The notes under the pieces are model-generated. The model saw nothing but the letters and a program-made list of their open reading frames with translations. It made no database searches and had not been told where the DNA came from. Position numbers and translations under genes: made by a program. Shown in pieces: positions 12,726 through 24,115 of a stretch of 64,000 nucleotides of DNA. Position 1 is the first letter of the stretch. Each line of letters opens with the position of its first letter. Origin of the DNA: Rhizodiscina lignyota (lineage: Eukaryota); NCBI GenBank assembly GCA_010015805.1, contig ML978127.1, positions 310,001-374,000 on the forward strand, written 5' to 3'.

Positions 12726-13497
12726 TTTTGATGGCGTATTCTTCACTCAGCTTTTTCTGAAGCGTAATTTACAAGCCGTCGGGACTAATAAGAGTCAAGA
12801 GCAAATATTAGTTGCCATGAATTAGGATCAATCATCAATCCACAAAGGAATCCCTTTGTCGTTTGGAATGTAACAGCAATGGCTTTCGAGTAGGTGCTAG
12901 AGACAGTGCTGGTGCAAGACATAAAGGCATTGAGCTAGATCATAGAGATCACTTCAGAACAAAGAAAAGATGCATGCTGAAGGCAGACTGTACAAAACCA
13001 AGAAACTCAGATGGAATTGAGATTTTGAACAATGGGCCATCTTCCGTTACATATTCAACATATATTTTGATAAACTTAAAAGTTGAAACATGCTATGACA
13101 GGATTTACGATCCGTCAGATCTGAAGTCTTTTCAAAATGTTCTGGAAACCGTAAGTATAACCTTCGAGAGCATTGGAGAGTCAGCATAGTGTTCGTTCTG
13201 GTGGCATTCGTGCCCGTCCGTGTTGCTCGCTGGACCACCGCGAGATTCAGGATACCTCAAGCGGATTTTTGGGGACCCAAAGATGAGCATTGTGACGGCT
13301 CACGAGTAGCCCTCATCTCAAAGTGAACCGCAATAAAGTCAGGACCCATCTTTGCCGAAATGACAAAGGATGTCACTCACAATGCATTGTCATCCAGCTT
13401 CCTACGTCACGGTCGCCCGCTGGTAGCCTTGAAATAGACGAGTGGGCACAAGAAAACACAGAGCGTTTCATACAAGTATCGCATTTGTAAAGCCAAA

Positions 13498-14733
13498 ATG
13501 AATTCCCATAATGACAAGAAAAACCAAAAACAAGAAGGCACCCCTGCTGCAGAGGTAGGCTCTAATGGCGACAACGACTTGCCTTCTGTTGTTAAGGACG
13601 TACACCGAGTGGTGCTCACATCCGTCGCATCTGATACCGTAAGGGAGAAAGCAGTGAAGAATCCCGTAGTTGGATGCCGCCAGACTTGGCACCTAAGAGA
13701 ACTCCGCAAGAAGGGCATCATAGGCCAGAGGGCATGCAAAGAGCCCAACCTCAGCAACGCCATTCACCCGATTTTCGCGTTCACAACCGCTGTCTGGATA
13801 GAAAACACTAACTTCCAAGTCTCACAAGATATTTACGACTTCTTCAGCCCGGCTCTTCGACTGGCGTCCCGCTTTATTGTGGAAGACAACTGCCTTTCTT
13901 GGTGGAGGCCCCTGGCCGTGGGAAATCTCGACCCTGCTGCGCGTTATCTAAAGAAACCCGGTATGGTGAGGGACAATGTCGATATGATAGAGAAAACTAT
14001 TTCCTCTATGCCAGGGCATGTGAAGTTCTGCTTCGATTCCATGGAAAAGGCCTACGCAGAATCAGGTCGGATATGGGAGGACGAGAAACGGAAATATTCA
14101 AGGTATCTTCCGGCATCTCGCTGTCGCGATAGTCACGTTAGGCTTGACAGTAAGTTCCATGACTTTGCCCGTATCGTTTTAGGGCAGCGGAACAGTAGCA
14201 AGCAATGTGGATCCAAAAAGCGGAGGTCAGCTGACGACATCCCGATAATCGAGCGAGACCAGATCCTGCGGGTCCAGTACCTGTTTGCATTGACTGTCGT
14301 TCATGAGCTTACACACAGTATGTGGCAGCTGCGAGCCGGAGCCAAGTTGTTCATACATACCGACGGACAGCCGCATGAACCGTATTACAAAGCTGAAGAA
14401 GAATACCGCGAGCTAGGTCATTCGTGGGAGGAGAATGTAATTGGATTCGAGCCGTCAGATATGCCTGACACGTTAGTTGATGGTATCGAAGAACTTGGTG
14501 TTGATGGTGTTGATGAGCTGTGCCGATTTGGTATATCTGGTGTGACCCCAGTGTGTACGACTGGTGAACGCAAGAGCATACCGTATTATCACAATCCACT
14601 GCGAATGGACTGGATATCGAGTTGGTTTCAGGAAGAGACTTGGGAGGTTGTTCAACGAGATGGCTTGACTGCCGTAGACGAGCCTCTACGAGACTTAGCC
14701 ATTTATATCCAGCCCCAAAGCGGATCGTGCTGA
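13498..14733 (+). CDS. Uncharacterised HExxH (zincin-like) protein, intronless, no signal peptide
   Basis: 411-aa ORF with ALTVVHELTHS and downstream EPYY...RELGHSWEE. Confidence 0.8.
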   Translation: MNSHNDKKNQKQEGTPAAEVGSNGDNDLPSVVKDVHRVVLTSVASDTVREKAVKNPVVGCRQTWHLRELRKKGIIGQRACKEPNLSNAIHPIFAFTTAVWIENTNFQVSQDIYDFFSPALRLASRFIVEDNCLSWWRPLAVGNLDPAARYLKKPGMVRDNVDMIEKTISSMPGHVKFCFDSMEKAYAESGRIWEDEKRKYSRYLPASRCRDSHVRLDSKFHDFARIVLGQRNSSKQCGSKKRRSADDIPIIERDQILRVQYLFALTVVHELTHSMWQLRAGAKLFIHTDGQPHEPYYKAEEEYRELGHSWEENVIGFEPSDMPDTLVDGIEELGVDGVDELCRFGISGVTPVCTTGERKSIPYYHNPLRMDWISSWFQEETWEVVQRDGLTAVDEPLRDLAIYIQPQSGSC

Positions 14734-14872
14734 GCAAAGTGTTGGAATGAGCAATCTAGGCGATAAGATGAGCTAAAGTGGGCGTAAAGGTAGGTAAGAT
14801 ACATGTCGATTTGAACCTGTATGAAAAGAATTATGTGCGAAGAAAACGAAAGTTGACGGTCCACACCGACCA

Positions 14873-15443
14873 TCACAACTTGAAGTTTAGCTTCCCATTC
14901 CCCTGGTACTGCTTTGCGCCATCCAGTGGCTGGGACCAAGGCATCCGACTTTTGAGAAACCATTCTTCTCGTGGTGGGAATGCTTCTTGGTAACCATCGA
15001 TCAGTGCCGTTCGCAGTGCTGCCATCTTAATTGGTGCATTTGGAGGCATGGTATATATGACGCAGGCACATCTTCCGCAGAATCGCTTTGGTTTCGGAAT
15101 GCCACTTGATGTTGTAAGAATCATGTATTCGGCTTTCGGACATTCGTTAGCCTCGAGTTCCAAAGAGACATCATGTGAGTGTGATCTTTGTTGGGAGCAT
15201 AGCTGGACTGCCCATTCACCCGGGACACAACTTACACAACAATCCTTCTTTGTCCTCAATTTCAATATCTTCCATTGGATAAGGAGCCACTGTTTGGTAA
15301 GGTGCTCCTCCATTTCGCTGGCAATCGCGGCAATGACATAAAACATGAGATAGCGGTGGCTTTATCGATGGATGTGCAACTGTTATTTGAATGGCACCAC
15401 AAAGGCATTGCCCTTTGAGCGTTTTTGGCGTTGATTCGGACAT
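14873..15443 (-). CDS. GFA/CENP-V (Mss4-like) zinc-binding protein, 1 intron
   Basis: LKGQCLCGAIQI, LCHCRDCQR, RFCGRCAC, EEWFLKSRMPW. Confidence 0.9.
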
Positions 15444-15777
15444 TTTAGAGGGACCGAATACACTGTAGATGACACTCACATTGCTAAAACCTGAGAGAGG
15501 TGAATTTATTCGGATACCATATGTAGAACGTTGGCTTCTCCGACGTCCGATGTTGTTTCTGCGCGGGCCGAGGTTCAGTGCGGATCCTTCGTTGTTCAGT
15601 CCTGGAGCTACTCGACGTAAATAAGGCAACCTCAAGATATCTCATTGTGATTAACTGATCGAATGCAAATACATTTGTAACTCTACGTCTCAAGATGCAG
15701 TTCTAATACTAAACAAGAGATGAGACAAATTCTCAGTTTCGCAATTTCGCTCATGGGTATCTTCAATAACAATAGAA

Positions 15778-16786
15778 TCACTCCTCCCGACTTCTGATAT
15801 GTGTAAGCGGTAGCTCTTCGCTAGCCTGGTCGTCGCCAATTTCGAACTCTCTTGAACTTCCAACCATTTCTTCTTCATCTCGCCTCTTATGGTGCCACTC
15901 CTCTTCCTTTCTGAACTCTGCATCGCGCGTTGGGTATGGCGTATTGCAATGCTGACTTCTCAGTGATGGATAATACCGTCTCCACGAGCCAAATGCAAGC
16001 AGAAAGCCAAGAAGAGATCCCGCAGTAATATCATATGGGTCGTGTCTGTAATCTTCATATCGACTGAGCGCAATCAATGCCGCGCCCACCAGGGGTGTGA
16101 ATGCCACAAATATTCGGAACAGGTCAACTCGTGGGTGTAATGCTCGAAGCTGGCTCGTGAGGAAAAAGGAGAGGTAGCCGAGTCCGGCGAAGGAGAAAGA
16201 GGAATGACCGGAGGGAAAGGAGCGGAAGCCATCGTTGAGTGTATGGTGATTCGTCTCTGTGCAAACGTCAAAGTCTAGGAGGGTATGTCCTGGTGTCCCA
16301 AGTTGAGGTTTGCATCGATCGATTAGGTCTGGGCGAGGCCGACCAATAGCATTCTTGATGATATCCGTGATCAGGGACGTGACCATGACACTGATGAAGA
16401 ATCCGAGTATTGTGACATGGACCTTGTGCCACCCGGGGCGGAACAGCACAGCCCATAGAATCAACGCACCCAGGGGTATTCCTCCAGCGCAGATGAAAAG
16501 CCAAAGGACAGGTACGCGTTCGTGCAGCGCGTGTGGGTGCTGGATCGCTGGATTGTCTAGGGTGAATTGTGGATGAAACGGTTCTCGGAAGAAGAAGCCT
16601 TGTATAGTGTGTGCCGCTAACACTGCAGCGAGACCAAGATAGTCAGGAATGTATGATCTCTAGAGCTTCGCATTAGCTTGAGCTCGAGGTGCTTGACGAG
16701 TCGCGAGAAGTGCGTACCGCCCAAAACCTGGAGAGCGAGGCTAGGAACCCGGACGGCACCACAGAGCGTGTCGCTGTTGCACTCAT
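15778..16786 (-). CDS. DPP1: PAP2-family lipid phosphate phosphatase (DPP1/LPP1-like), 5' intron
   Basis: All three PAP2 motifs: KNAIGRPRP, SFPSGHSS, SRYEDYRHDPYD; several TM segments. Confidence 0.92.
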
Positions 16787-17062
16787 GGCAACGGAGGATG
16801 TTTAAGTCCAGCTCTACGAGTCTCTAAAATAGCTTCTCCACATGCAATTGTTCGGTGCGCAATAGCAGCGGTAGAGCTTGAAGTGGACGGCCATTCTCCG
16901 CCTAAGAAAGTGACGTTCGAGAAAGGTCCGAGCTTCGGTGTCGCGTGTTCCGCTCCACCTTTCAACGCGTCGTTTACACCGCCAGCTGTGAAGCTCATCT
17001 TTATCGCCCATTTTCTTTCTATTCTGCGCAATTATCTAGAGCAGATATCTGTTCAGCTCAAC

Positions 17063-17896
17063 ATGGCAGAAGAGGTTGAGCTCCCCGAAAACCGAATGTG
17101 GCCGCCGCCTCCACCTTTCTACAAGCAATTCACTTCCACCAATGTCGACCAGTTCAAGGAAATCAAGCAGCAGGCACTTGGCGACGCATACGACGAGTCT
17201 TTACTGTTCGACTCAAAAACCTCGCTGGCCGTTGAAGTGCCGGATACTCTCAGAGGTCTTGTGCCTCCCGAGCCTCCAGCCGAAGGACAGTACAGAGTGT
17301 TCACGGAGATTCAAGATGTGAGGATGTTAGTGGTACTGCCGTCCAACATTGGAAGCTAACTGCGTGCGAAGGTTGTCGGTGTATCGCGTACCCTCCAAGA
17401 TGAAAACATCGAACAACTCTACCCGCCGCACAGGGAAGCCCTTGCACCTTCCCAGCAGCCTGTCGACACCGAATGGACCGTTGACCGGGTCTACTACCTG
17501 AAGAAGCTCACCAGATCCATCATGCTTAATTTCCTTGAGCTTATGGGCGCCCTATCAACCGACTCATCTCAATATTTCGAGAAGTTTGAACACATTAGGG
17601 CGCTCTTTTACAATGCTCACAGCGTTATCAATGACTATCGCCAACATCAAGCGCGGGAGACGCTGATCTTGATGATGGAGGCTCAGTTAGAAAAGAAGCG
17701 AGCTGAAGTAGATGAGATCCGGAAGATGAAAGAGAAGATTAATGAGATAATGAAGGGTCTAGAGGATGCAGCGGCGGTGGACAATGCGAGCATTGATAGT
17801 AGCGGTGCCTCAGCCAGGCTCCGTGCTGAGAACGAGAGGAGAAAGAAAGAGCAGCGCAGCATGTGGCATGCTCTTGATGCTGAAATGGCCATTTGA
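17063..17896 (+). CDS. MED7: Mediator complex subunit 7, 1 intron
   Basis: WPPPPPFYKQF, LVPPEPP, IEQLYP, LKKLTRSIMLNFLELM, NAHSVINDYRQHQARETLILMMEAQ; intron about 17318-17371. Confidence 0.95.
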
Positions 17897-18209
17897 AGTT
17901 TCGAAAATACCTGATGTCACTGTCTGCTCTCTTACCCGGACTCACTCTGTTTCGTCCGCGGAACAGCTATGCCTTCCGTATAAGGTATCACCAAACCCTT
18001 TGTAATGGGATGATTCCTGAATGATGAAATTCGCACCTCTGCGGATCAGGAAATGCTTCTCTTATGGCCGCGGCGAACATCGACGTAGTGCTCTCCATTA
18101 CGAGTGACGAAGAACGGACTCCGCCGCAACGTACCTATTTCGACATATAAAATCCCGCAGATGTTCCCCTAGTCGCCAATCTAGTACTTTCAATAATAAC
18201 CACGCAAGA

Positions 18210-19398
18210 ATGGCTCGTCCCTGGCTTCGCCTGATCATCCCGTCAAGCCTCCTGATTCTCTCGGTGTACCTGCTTTTCTCGTCTGCCAACTACCATGCCA
18301 GCATCAACCATTCGATTCATGGAGTTCCCCATAAATCCGTTCAACGCCATGACTTTGCTCCTCTCAATACGGCTATCGCTGAACGCGCACCTGACGACGA
18401 AGACTGGCAAGCTGCCGTGAAGAGGGGTGAATGGTTCAAATGTTTGATGGACATGGATATTGAGGCAGCGGACAAAGGCAGCGGACAAAGCTACGGAGGA
18501 GTCTTTCAAGATGAAAAGCCAAAGCGTCTTCACGAAATACTCCGAATTGAACGAAAACGGCTGGGTCTCAGAGTCTGAGAGCCCCAAGAAGATCGACTTC
18601 GCAATCCCGGACCTTCAGCCCGCTCTGGGTAACTGGAAAGTGTCGACCAATGCAAGGGCTACCGAAGTTACGTCAAGGCAGTCCAAGATATTCTCGTGCG
18701 TTGTGGATGGCGAAGAGAAAGACTGTCATGTATGAATCCCAGCTTACTCTTACACATATCCCTTCCTGCTAGCAGCCAGCGATTGTGCTAGGAGCAACAT
18801 TTAATATTTCATTCCAGGCTACCGGTGGCTACTATGATGTCCACTATGCCCCTTCCGAGGGCATGGTCATCGCAGTTGATTCTGAATCACCAGCGTATAG
18901 AGCGAAACTTCATAAACTTCCTGCAATTCCTAAACTCAGCCACTGGAGTGATGTGGTATTCCTCGAAATGTCAAATCTCTGGACCGCGAACAGTAAGCAC
19001 GTCAGCAACCTCCGATCTGTGGTACGACAGCAAATCGAAAACGTGTCTGTCGATGAAAGGATGAAGGCGGCCTTGAAAAAGGTTGGTATTGAAGATCTTC
19101 CGGAATACGGCGAAGACGAGGATCCGCATGTTTTCAGCAGAGAGTCGACCGGGGTCGCTCTAGAGTGCTTCAATGCTTTACTAGCGACTCCACACGCAGT
19201 GAGCGTCGCCTGGCTCTTGGTCCAACACAGAGAACAGCTTGGGAACAAGAGAATCAAGAGTCTCACGCCATTCTGGGACTCGATGGAGACTGGGGTAATC
19301 TTCGCATTGAAATCGAAGACTTTACTCCACTTGCTGGGAGATCTGTTTCCAGCAATGTATCCCTTGCCGAACGTGGCCCTCAGGAGGCAGATGGTTAA
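18210..19398 (+). pseudogene. Secreted/membrane-anchored uncharacterised fungal protein (PxLxxWSD family), frameshifted copy
   Basis: N-terminal hydrophobic segment; paralogous to 19736-20861 with same intron position; 13-bp tandem duplication at 18464-18489 shifts the frame; probable second shift near 19280. Confidence 0.72.
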
Positions 19399-19735
19399 TA
19401 ATACTTCGGTATCCAAATTTGTATCTTTATTCAAGTGGGCCCCTCTACATTTAATTTGTCGAACACCGTTGTCGGTCTTCATTCTATCGAAGTATTTGCC
19501 ATAGCTGTCCTTGCACTTTCATCTGCTAGAGATGTAGGGATACCCGCGGAACGACTTATTCACCATCACTATGGATCAGTCGTCATGACATTTGCTTTGC
19601 CTCCCTCAAGAGCGTGGATGACGCGCAGTACCGCGGAGCTCTGCTTTGAGGACAACTTGCAAGTGATAGACGTAGATACCGGTGCCTTTAAAAGGGCGCT
19701 GGCAGCCGCGAATGTAACCTTCAGCATCTCCGAAC

Positions 19736-20861
19736 ATGGCACGTTTCTCAGGCATCTGTCTCCTTGCGATCACTTTCATACTCTACTCTCTTCACCTGAG
19801 CAACCTTACTCGGGCCCCGAGCGACGTCCACAAGTACGATCTCGATGCGTATGACAACTTCTCTAGGCGCCAGGTTTCTACGGCGCCAGAGAAACCCGAA
19901 GCGACCTGGGAAGAGTCTGTCGAGCGAGGAAGAAAGCTCATCTGCTTGATGGAGGCCAGGAGCGATGTGGCCGATGAGATGATGTCGGAAATGCATACAG
20001 GAAGTCAGAGCAAGTGGACGGACCGAGATGACCTTGAGACTTGGGGTTGGACGGAAACGTATCCACACGACACCGAGGCCTATTCGATACTCCATGATGC
20101 TCCCCTACACTTCGGCATGGCATCCACCGGCATGGAATTGTGGACCAATCAAATGCCATTCTACTACAAGCCTGTTGTATCGAAACAGTCGAAGGCTTTT
20201 CCCACCAACGTGCCCCAGCAACAGCAACACCAGGTATGCTTATTGCTGCATTGCTATCAACTCATTGCTCCGCAGAATCTCATGTCGACAGGCAACTAAC
20301 GGCCAATACAATGCAATCTTCAATCCTTACCAAGGCGCCATCATCACCCACGGCGTTATGTCCCCTGACTACGAGGCCCAGCAAAAGCACTACCAGTTCG
20401 TTCCAGATCTAAGATACTGGTCCGATTTGACGTTTCTCGCCATGAAGAGGGTGTGGCATGACCATCAAAAAGACATGGTCAATCTCAAAAAGGTGTACAG
20501 AGCCCACATCGTCAACCAAGAAACTGAAGAGAGGATGAAGGAAGCGCTCTTGAAAGTCGGCGTTCAACAGAGACCAAGATTTGCAGCAGGAGCCCCTCCA
20601 CCGCACCTTTTCAAGTACCACTCAGAAGGTCTGGAGCGAAAGTGCTTTGAAGCACTAGTGGGCACCCCGAGTGTATATGGAGTAGCCTGGCTTCTCATCA
20701 CCCACAAGCAGCAGCTGGCGATGAAGAGAATCTTCGCCATTGAGCCGTACTACGACAGGGACTTTGAGGGTGGACTGAACAATCCTGCAGATGGCGTGAA
20801 GTACATGATTATCTACTTGGAGAACATTGCCGTGCAGGTTGGTGGATCGGGTGAGGGTTAA
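19736..20861 (+). CDS. Secreted/membrane-anchored uncharacterised fungal protein (PxLxxWSD family), intact copy, 1 intron
   Basis: Signal-like MARFSGICLLAITFILYSL; PDLRYWSDLTFL, ALVGTPSVYGVAWLLITHKQQL; GTATGC..GACAG intron about 20233-20291. Confidence 0.8.
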
Positions 20862-21214
20862 TAGCTGGAGGATCCAGCAACGATTGGTGGAGTGCTTTGG
20901 AGGTTGCAGGGATTAATTTTCCATTCGGGATAATCGATTGATGATTGAATACGGATATGATTAATAGGCGTACCTAGTTTAACAATCATTTGGCTCAGAA
21001 GAGTCAGATTTGCACTTCGAGGTTGCGTGATAGTACGACCCTGGCCAAATCCGACATCGCTCGGCCATTTTCGTCCGCGATTGCCTTTAAATTTTGGGTA
21101 CGGAGTAAGCTTCCAAGACACAGTCAATTTCACCGCTTCATGCTCAGACCTCTCAAGAACTTCACTTACTTGCCATTGATCAATCAACGAACAATTTACA
21201 TCGGCTCCAGAAGA

Positions 21215-22284
21215 ATGGCGGGCGTTGCAAATACCTATAATGGTACATATTGTCCCACAGACATCTACCCCACCAATAAGCTTCAACTTCAAGCTTTCAA
21301 CCATAGCTGACAGCAAGCCCAGAACCAGTCCACATAGGCGTAATAGGAGGCACTGGCCTCCAACATCTCCCCTCCTTCACTCATGCCGCCACCATCAACG
21401 CTTCGACGCCATGGGGTCACCCTTCTTCCCCAATCTCTATCCTTCACCATCCATCTCCCTCAACCGGCAAACCCATCCCAATCGCCTTCATCTCGCGCCA
21501 CGGCTTGCACCACGAACTCGCTCCCCACGAAGTTCCCTCGCGTGCCAACATCGCTGCTCTTAGGTCTATTGGCGTACGGACAATCATTGCGTTCTCAGCC
21601 GTTGGCAGCCTGCAGGAGGAGATCAAACCAAGAGACTTCGTGGTCCCCGATCAGGTCATTGATCGCACGAAGGGAATCAGGCCATTCACATTCTTCGAGG
21701 GTGGCATGGTAGGACATGTCGGATTCGCAGACCCATTCGACAACAAACTCGCAGATGTGGTCAGGAAATGCGGTCACAGACTTGAGGGAGAGGGAGTGGT
21801 GCTGCACGACAAGGGAACGTTGATTTGTATGGGTGAGTGCGAGTACCACCGATTCCTTCAATCTGACTAATTCTGCTGTGATACAGAGGGACCACAATTC
21901 TCCACTCGCGCCGAATCTAATCTCTACCGCTCCTGGGGCGGCAGTGTAATCAACATGTCCGCCCTTCCCGAAGCCAAACTCGCGAAAGAAGCCGAGATAT
22001 CCTACCAGATGATCTGCATGGCGACCGACTACGACTGCTGGCGCGGTACCGATGACGTGAACGTAGAGATGGTGATGAGCCACATGAAAGCGAACGCCGA
22101 GAACGCGCTCCGCTTCGTCGCGGGTGTATTGGACGAACTGAGCAAAGAGGAACTTGAGGACTTGGTGCTTGCGAAACATCTTGAGGGCCAGATGAAGTTT
22201 GCAGGTGCGATTACAGGGGTGGCCGGACGGACGAAGGAGGCGAAGGAGAAGCTCGGATGGCTTTTCCCCGGCTACTATGACTGA
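21215..22284 (+). CDS. MEU1: S-methyl-5'-thioadenosine phosphorylase, 2 introns
   Basis: IGVIGGTGL, SRHGLHH, RANIAAL, AVGSLQEEI, VPDQVIDRT, EGPQFSTRAES, INMSALPEAKLA, MATDYDCW. Confidence 0.96.
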
Positions 22285-24115
22285 GGGAAGGATATGAGCG
22301 GCGCGGATGTCGTTCAACACGATGAAGAGCTCCGGCAAAAGATACCCTAGATGTGCAAATTGTTGGGCCACTTTCTCAGGGTCGATGTGCTTCTTGATGT
22401 TTCTTATCTCTTCTTCCAGAGTTACCTCGAGAGAATAATTTGGTTTCCCCTTGGGCTCTGCTCGATGCTCTGCGAGTTTTTTCTCCCTCCATTGGAGAGC
22501 ATGGCCGAGCATGAAAAGTCGAGCTTCACATTCAAGACCTCATTATTGTCACCATTCCTATGGGAATGAAGAGCGCTAACTCAATATACAGAATTGTCTT
22601 TCGCAGAATGTGGCAGATACCGGGAGTTTTGTTCGAACTCTTAATCATGCTTTGCAGCAGTCACATTCGAGTGCGCACCGAAATCTGAAGCAAAGTGGAT
22701 TTGCTCCCCAAAACTATGCTTTCGACCTGGTGCTGGATCTGGCATACATGGAATAAGGATGGACACCTGCAAACTTCGCTGCAGTGATCTCCAATGCCTT
22801 GGATCACACGACGCCGTCGTATGGATGTATAATTCATTTCAGGACAGGCCGGGTGTGTTGATGCCTTACTATATAGTAATTCTGATGGTTACACGACGTT
22901 TCTAGATGGGACGAGTAGAAATCAATTCCAAGGCACGGCTACCTTCTTAGCAAGCAATATTACAGAAGAATAAAAAAACCCTATGCAATCACAGTACTCA
23001 GGACTGCGCAGACTAAATACCATCTAACCTTACAGCGACCTTTTCAAGAAAGGGGGCGACGGAGAGAAGTGCCTACCTATGGTGGATCCCTCCACCAACC
23101 CACTACGAGGAGGATGGGGCACTTACGGTCGCGCATATCATACCTTGATAGGTGGAGATCCGCAGCATGAAGTTTTACCTGTACGTTATTCTCTTTCCTT
23201 AGGTTCGTACTCCGTAGGGCAGAGGGACATGCTTGTAACCACCTGCACCAGGGGCGGGCCAGGCCAGGATTGCTCTCTCAGCCACGTCAGCAGCTCGCTT
23301 CGAAAGTTCGAAGAGTACGGAGAACTCCTGCGCGTTGCGCATTATTCCCATACAATGCAGTGCTGGTGATTTTGACCCAGCAGGTTGCCAGACACCGTGA
23401 TCTGCGCACTGCGATCGACAAGCGCTATGGACGCTATTTGCACCTCCGAAGTCCGTCTGCAGCTTGACCACGCTCATCACCTCCAACTGTGAGCACGCAC
23501 CATGCTCCTCCAGCCACTCCATCAAATTTTCTCGCCTCAGACCTACATGGCACTTTGCGTTTACACGAGTGGGGAGTACATGCAAAAGAAGAATTGACGA
23601 AATGTGTCGAGGGCGTTGTACAACCACCCTGATGATTCACGACGCCATACTTCCAGCTTCTATCAGCAGGGATGCAAGGTGCAGGCTGTACTACTGGCGG
23701 CATTCACGAACTCAGCTGCTAGCAGATTGAAAGATATCTACCTCGCGACCGGCATTTCAGCACTTCAAATGCTCCGATGAAACCTTTATCTCTCCCCAGA
23801 CGCCTCGGGTCGCCATTTCATTCGTTGCAACCTTTCCTCTTTCAGTGCTAGCAATCCCCATTGCGGTTGGCAGGTGGTAGGTAGCTGGCTCCTCCCAGCA
23901 CATCGGCCCCACGATTGTGCGGTTGATCTGCATCACAGCAACTGTCTACGCTTCCGCCATTTCGATAAACGCAAGCCTCGTTCATAAAGTGGAGCAATTT
24001 TGGATTGACGTGCAGAGGATTAAAGATTTGCTCGCGCCTCGATAACAATATTGCAGCGTCTCTTTTCCTCTCCTCGGCCGTGCTACTGCGCAGGAAGAAC
24101 AAACCGCTGGTCGCT

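Noticed and set aside
2113..22284. MTA-deaminase-like gene and MTAP as a methionine-salvage cluster
   Set aside because: About 17 kb apart with unrelated genes between; amidohydrolase substrate unknown
21595..22512. 305-aa antisense ORF over MTAP
   Set aside because: No recognisable motif; typical antisense shadow of a codon-biased gene
22600..23800. Short ORFs between MTAP and the DUF3112 gene
   Set aside because: No motif or coherent exon chain found
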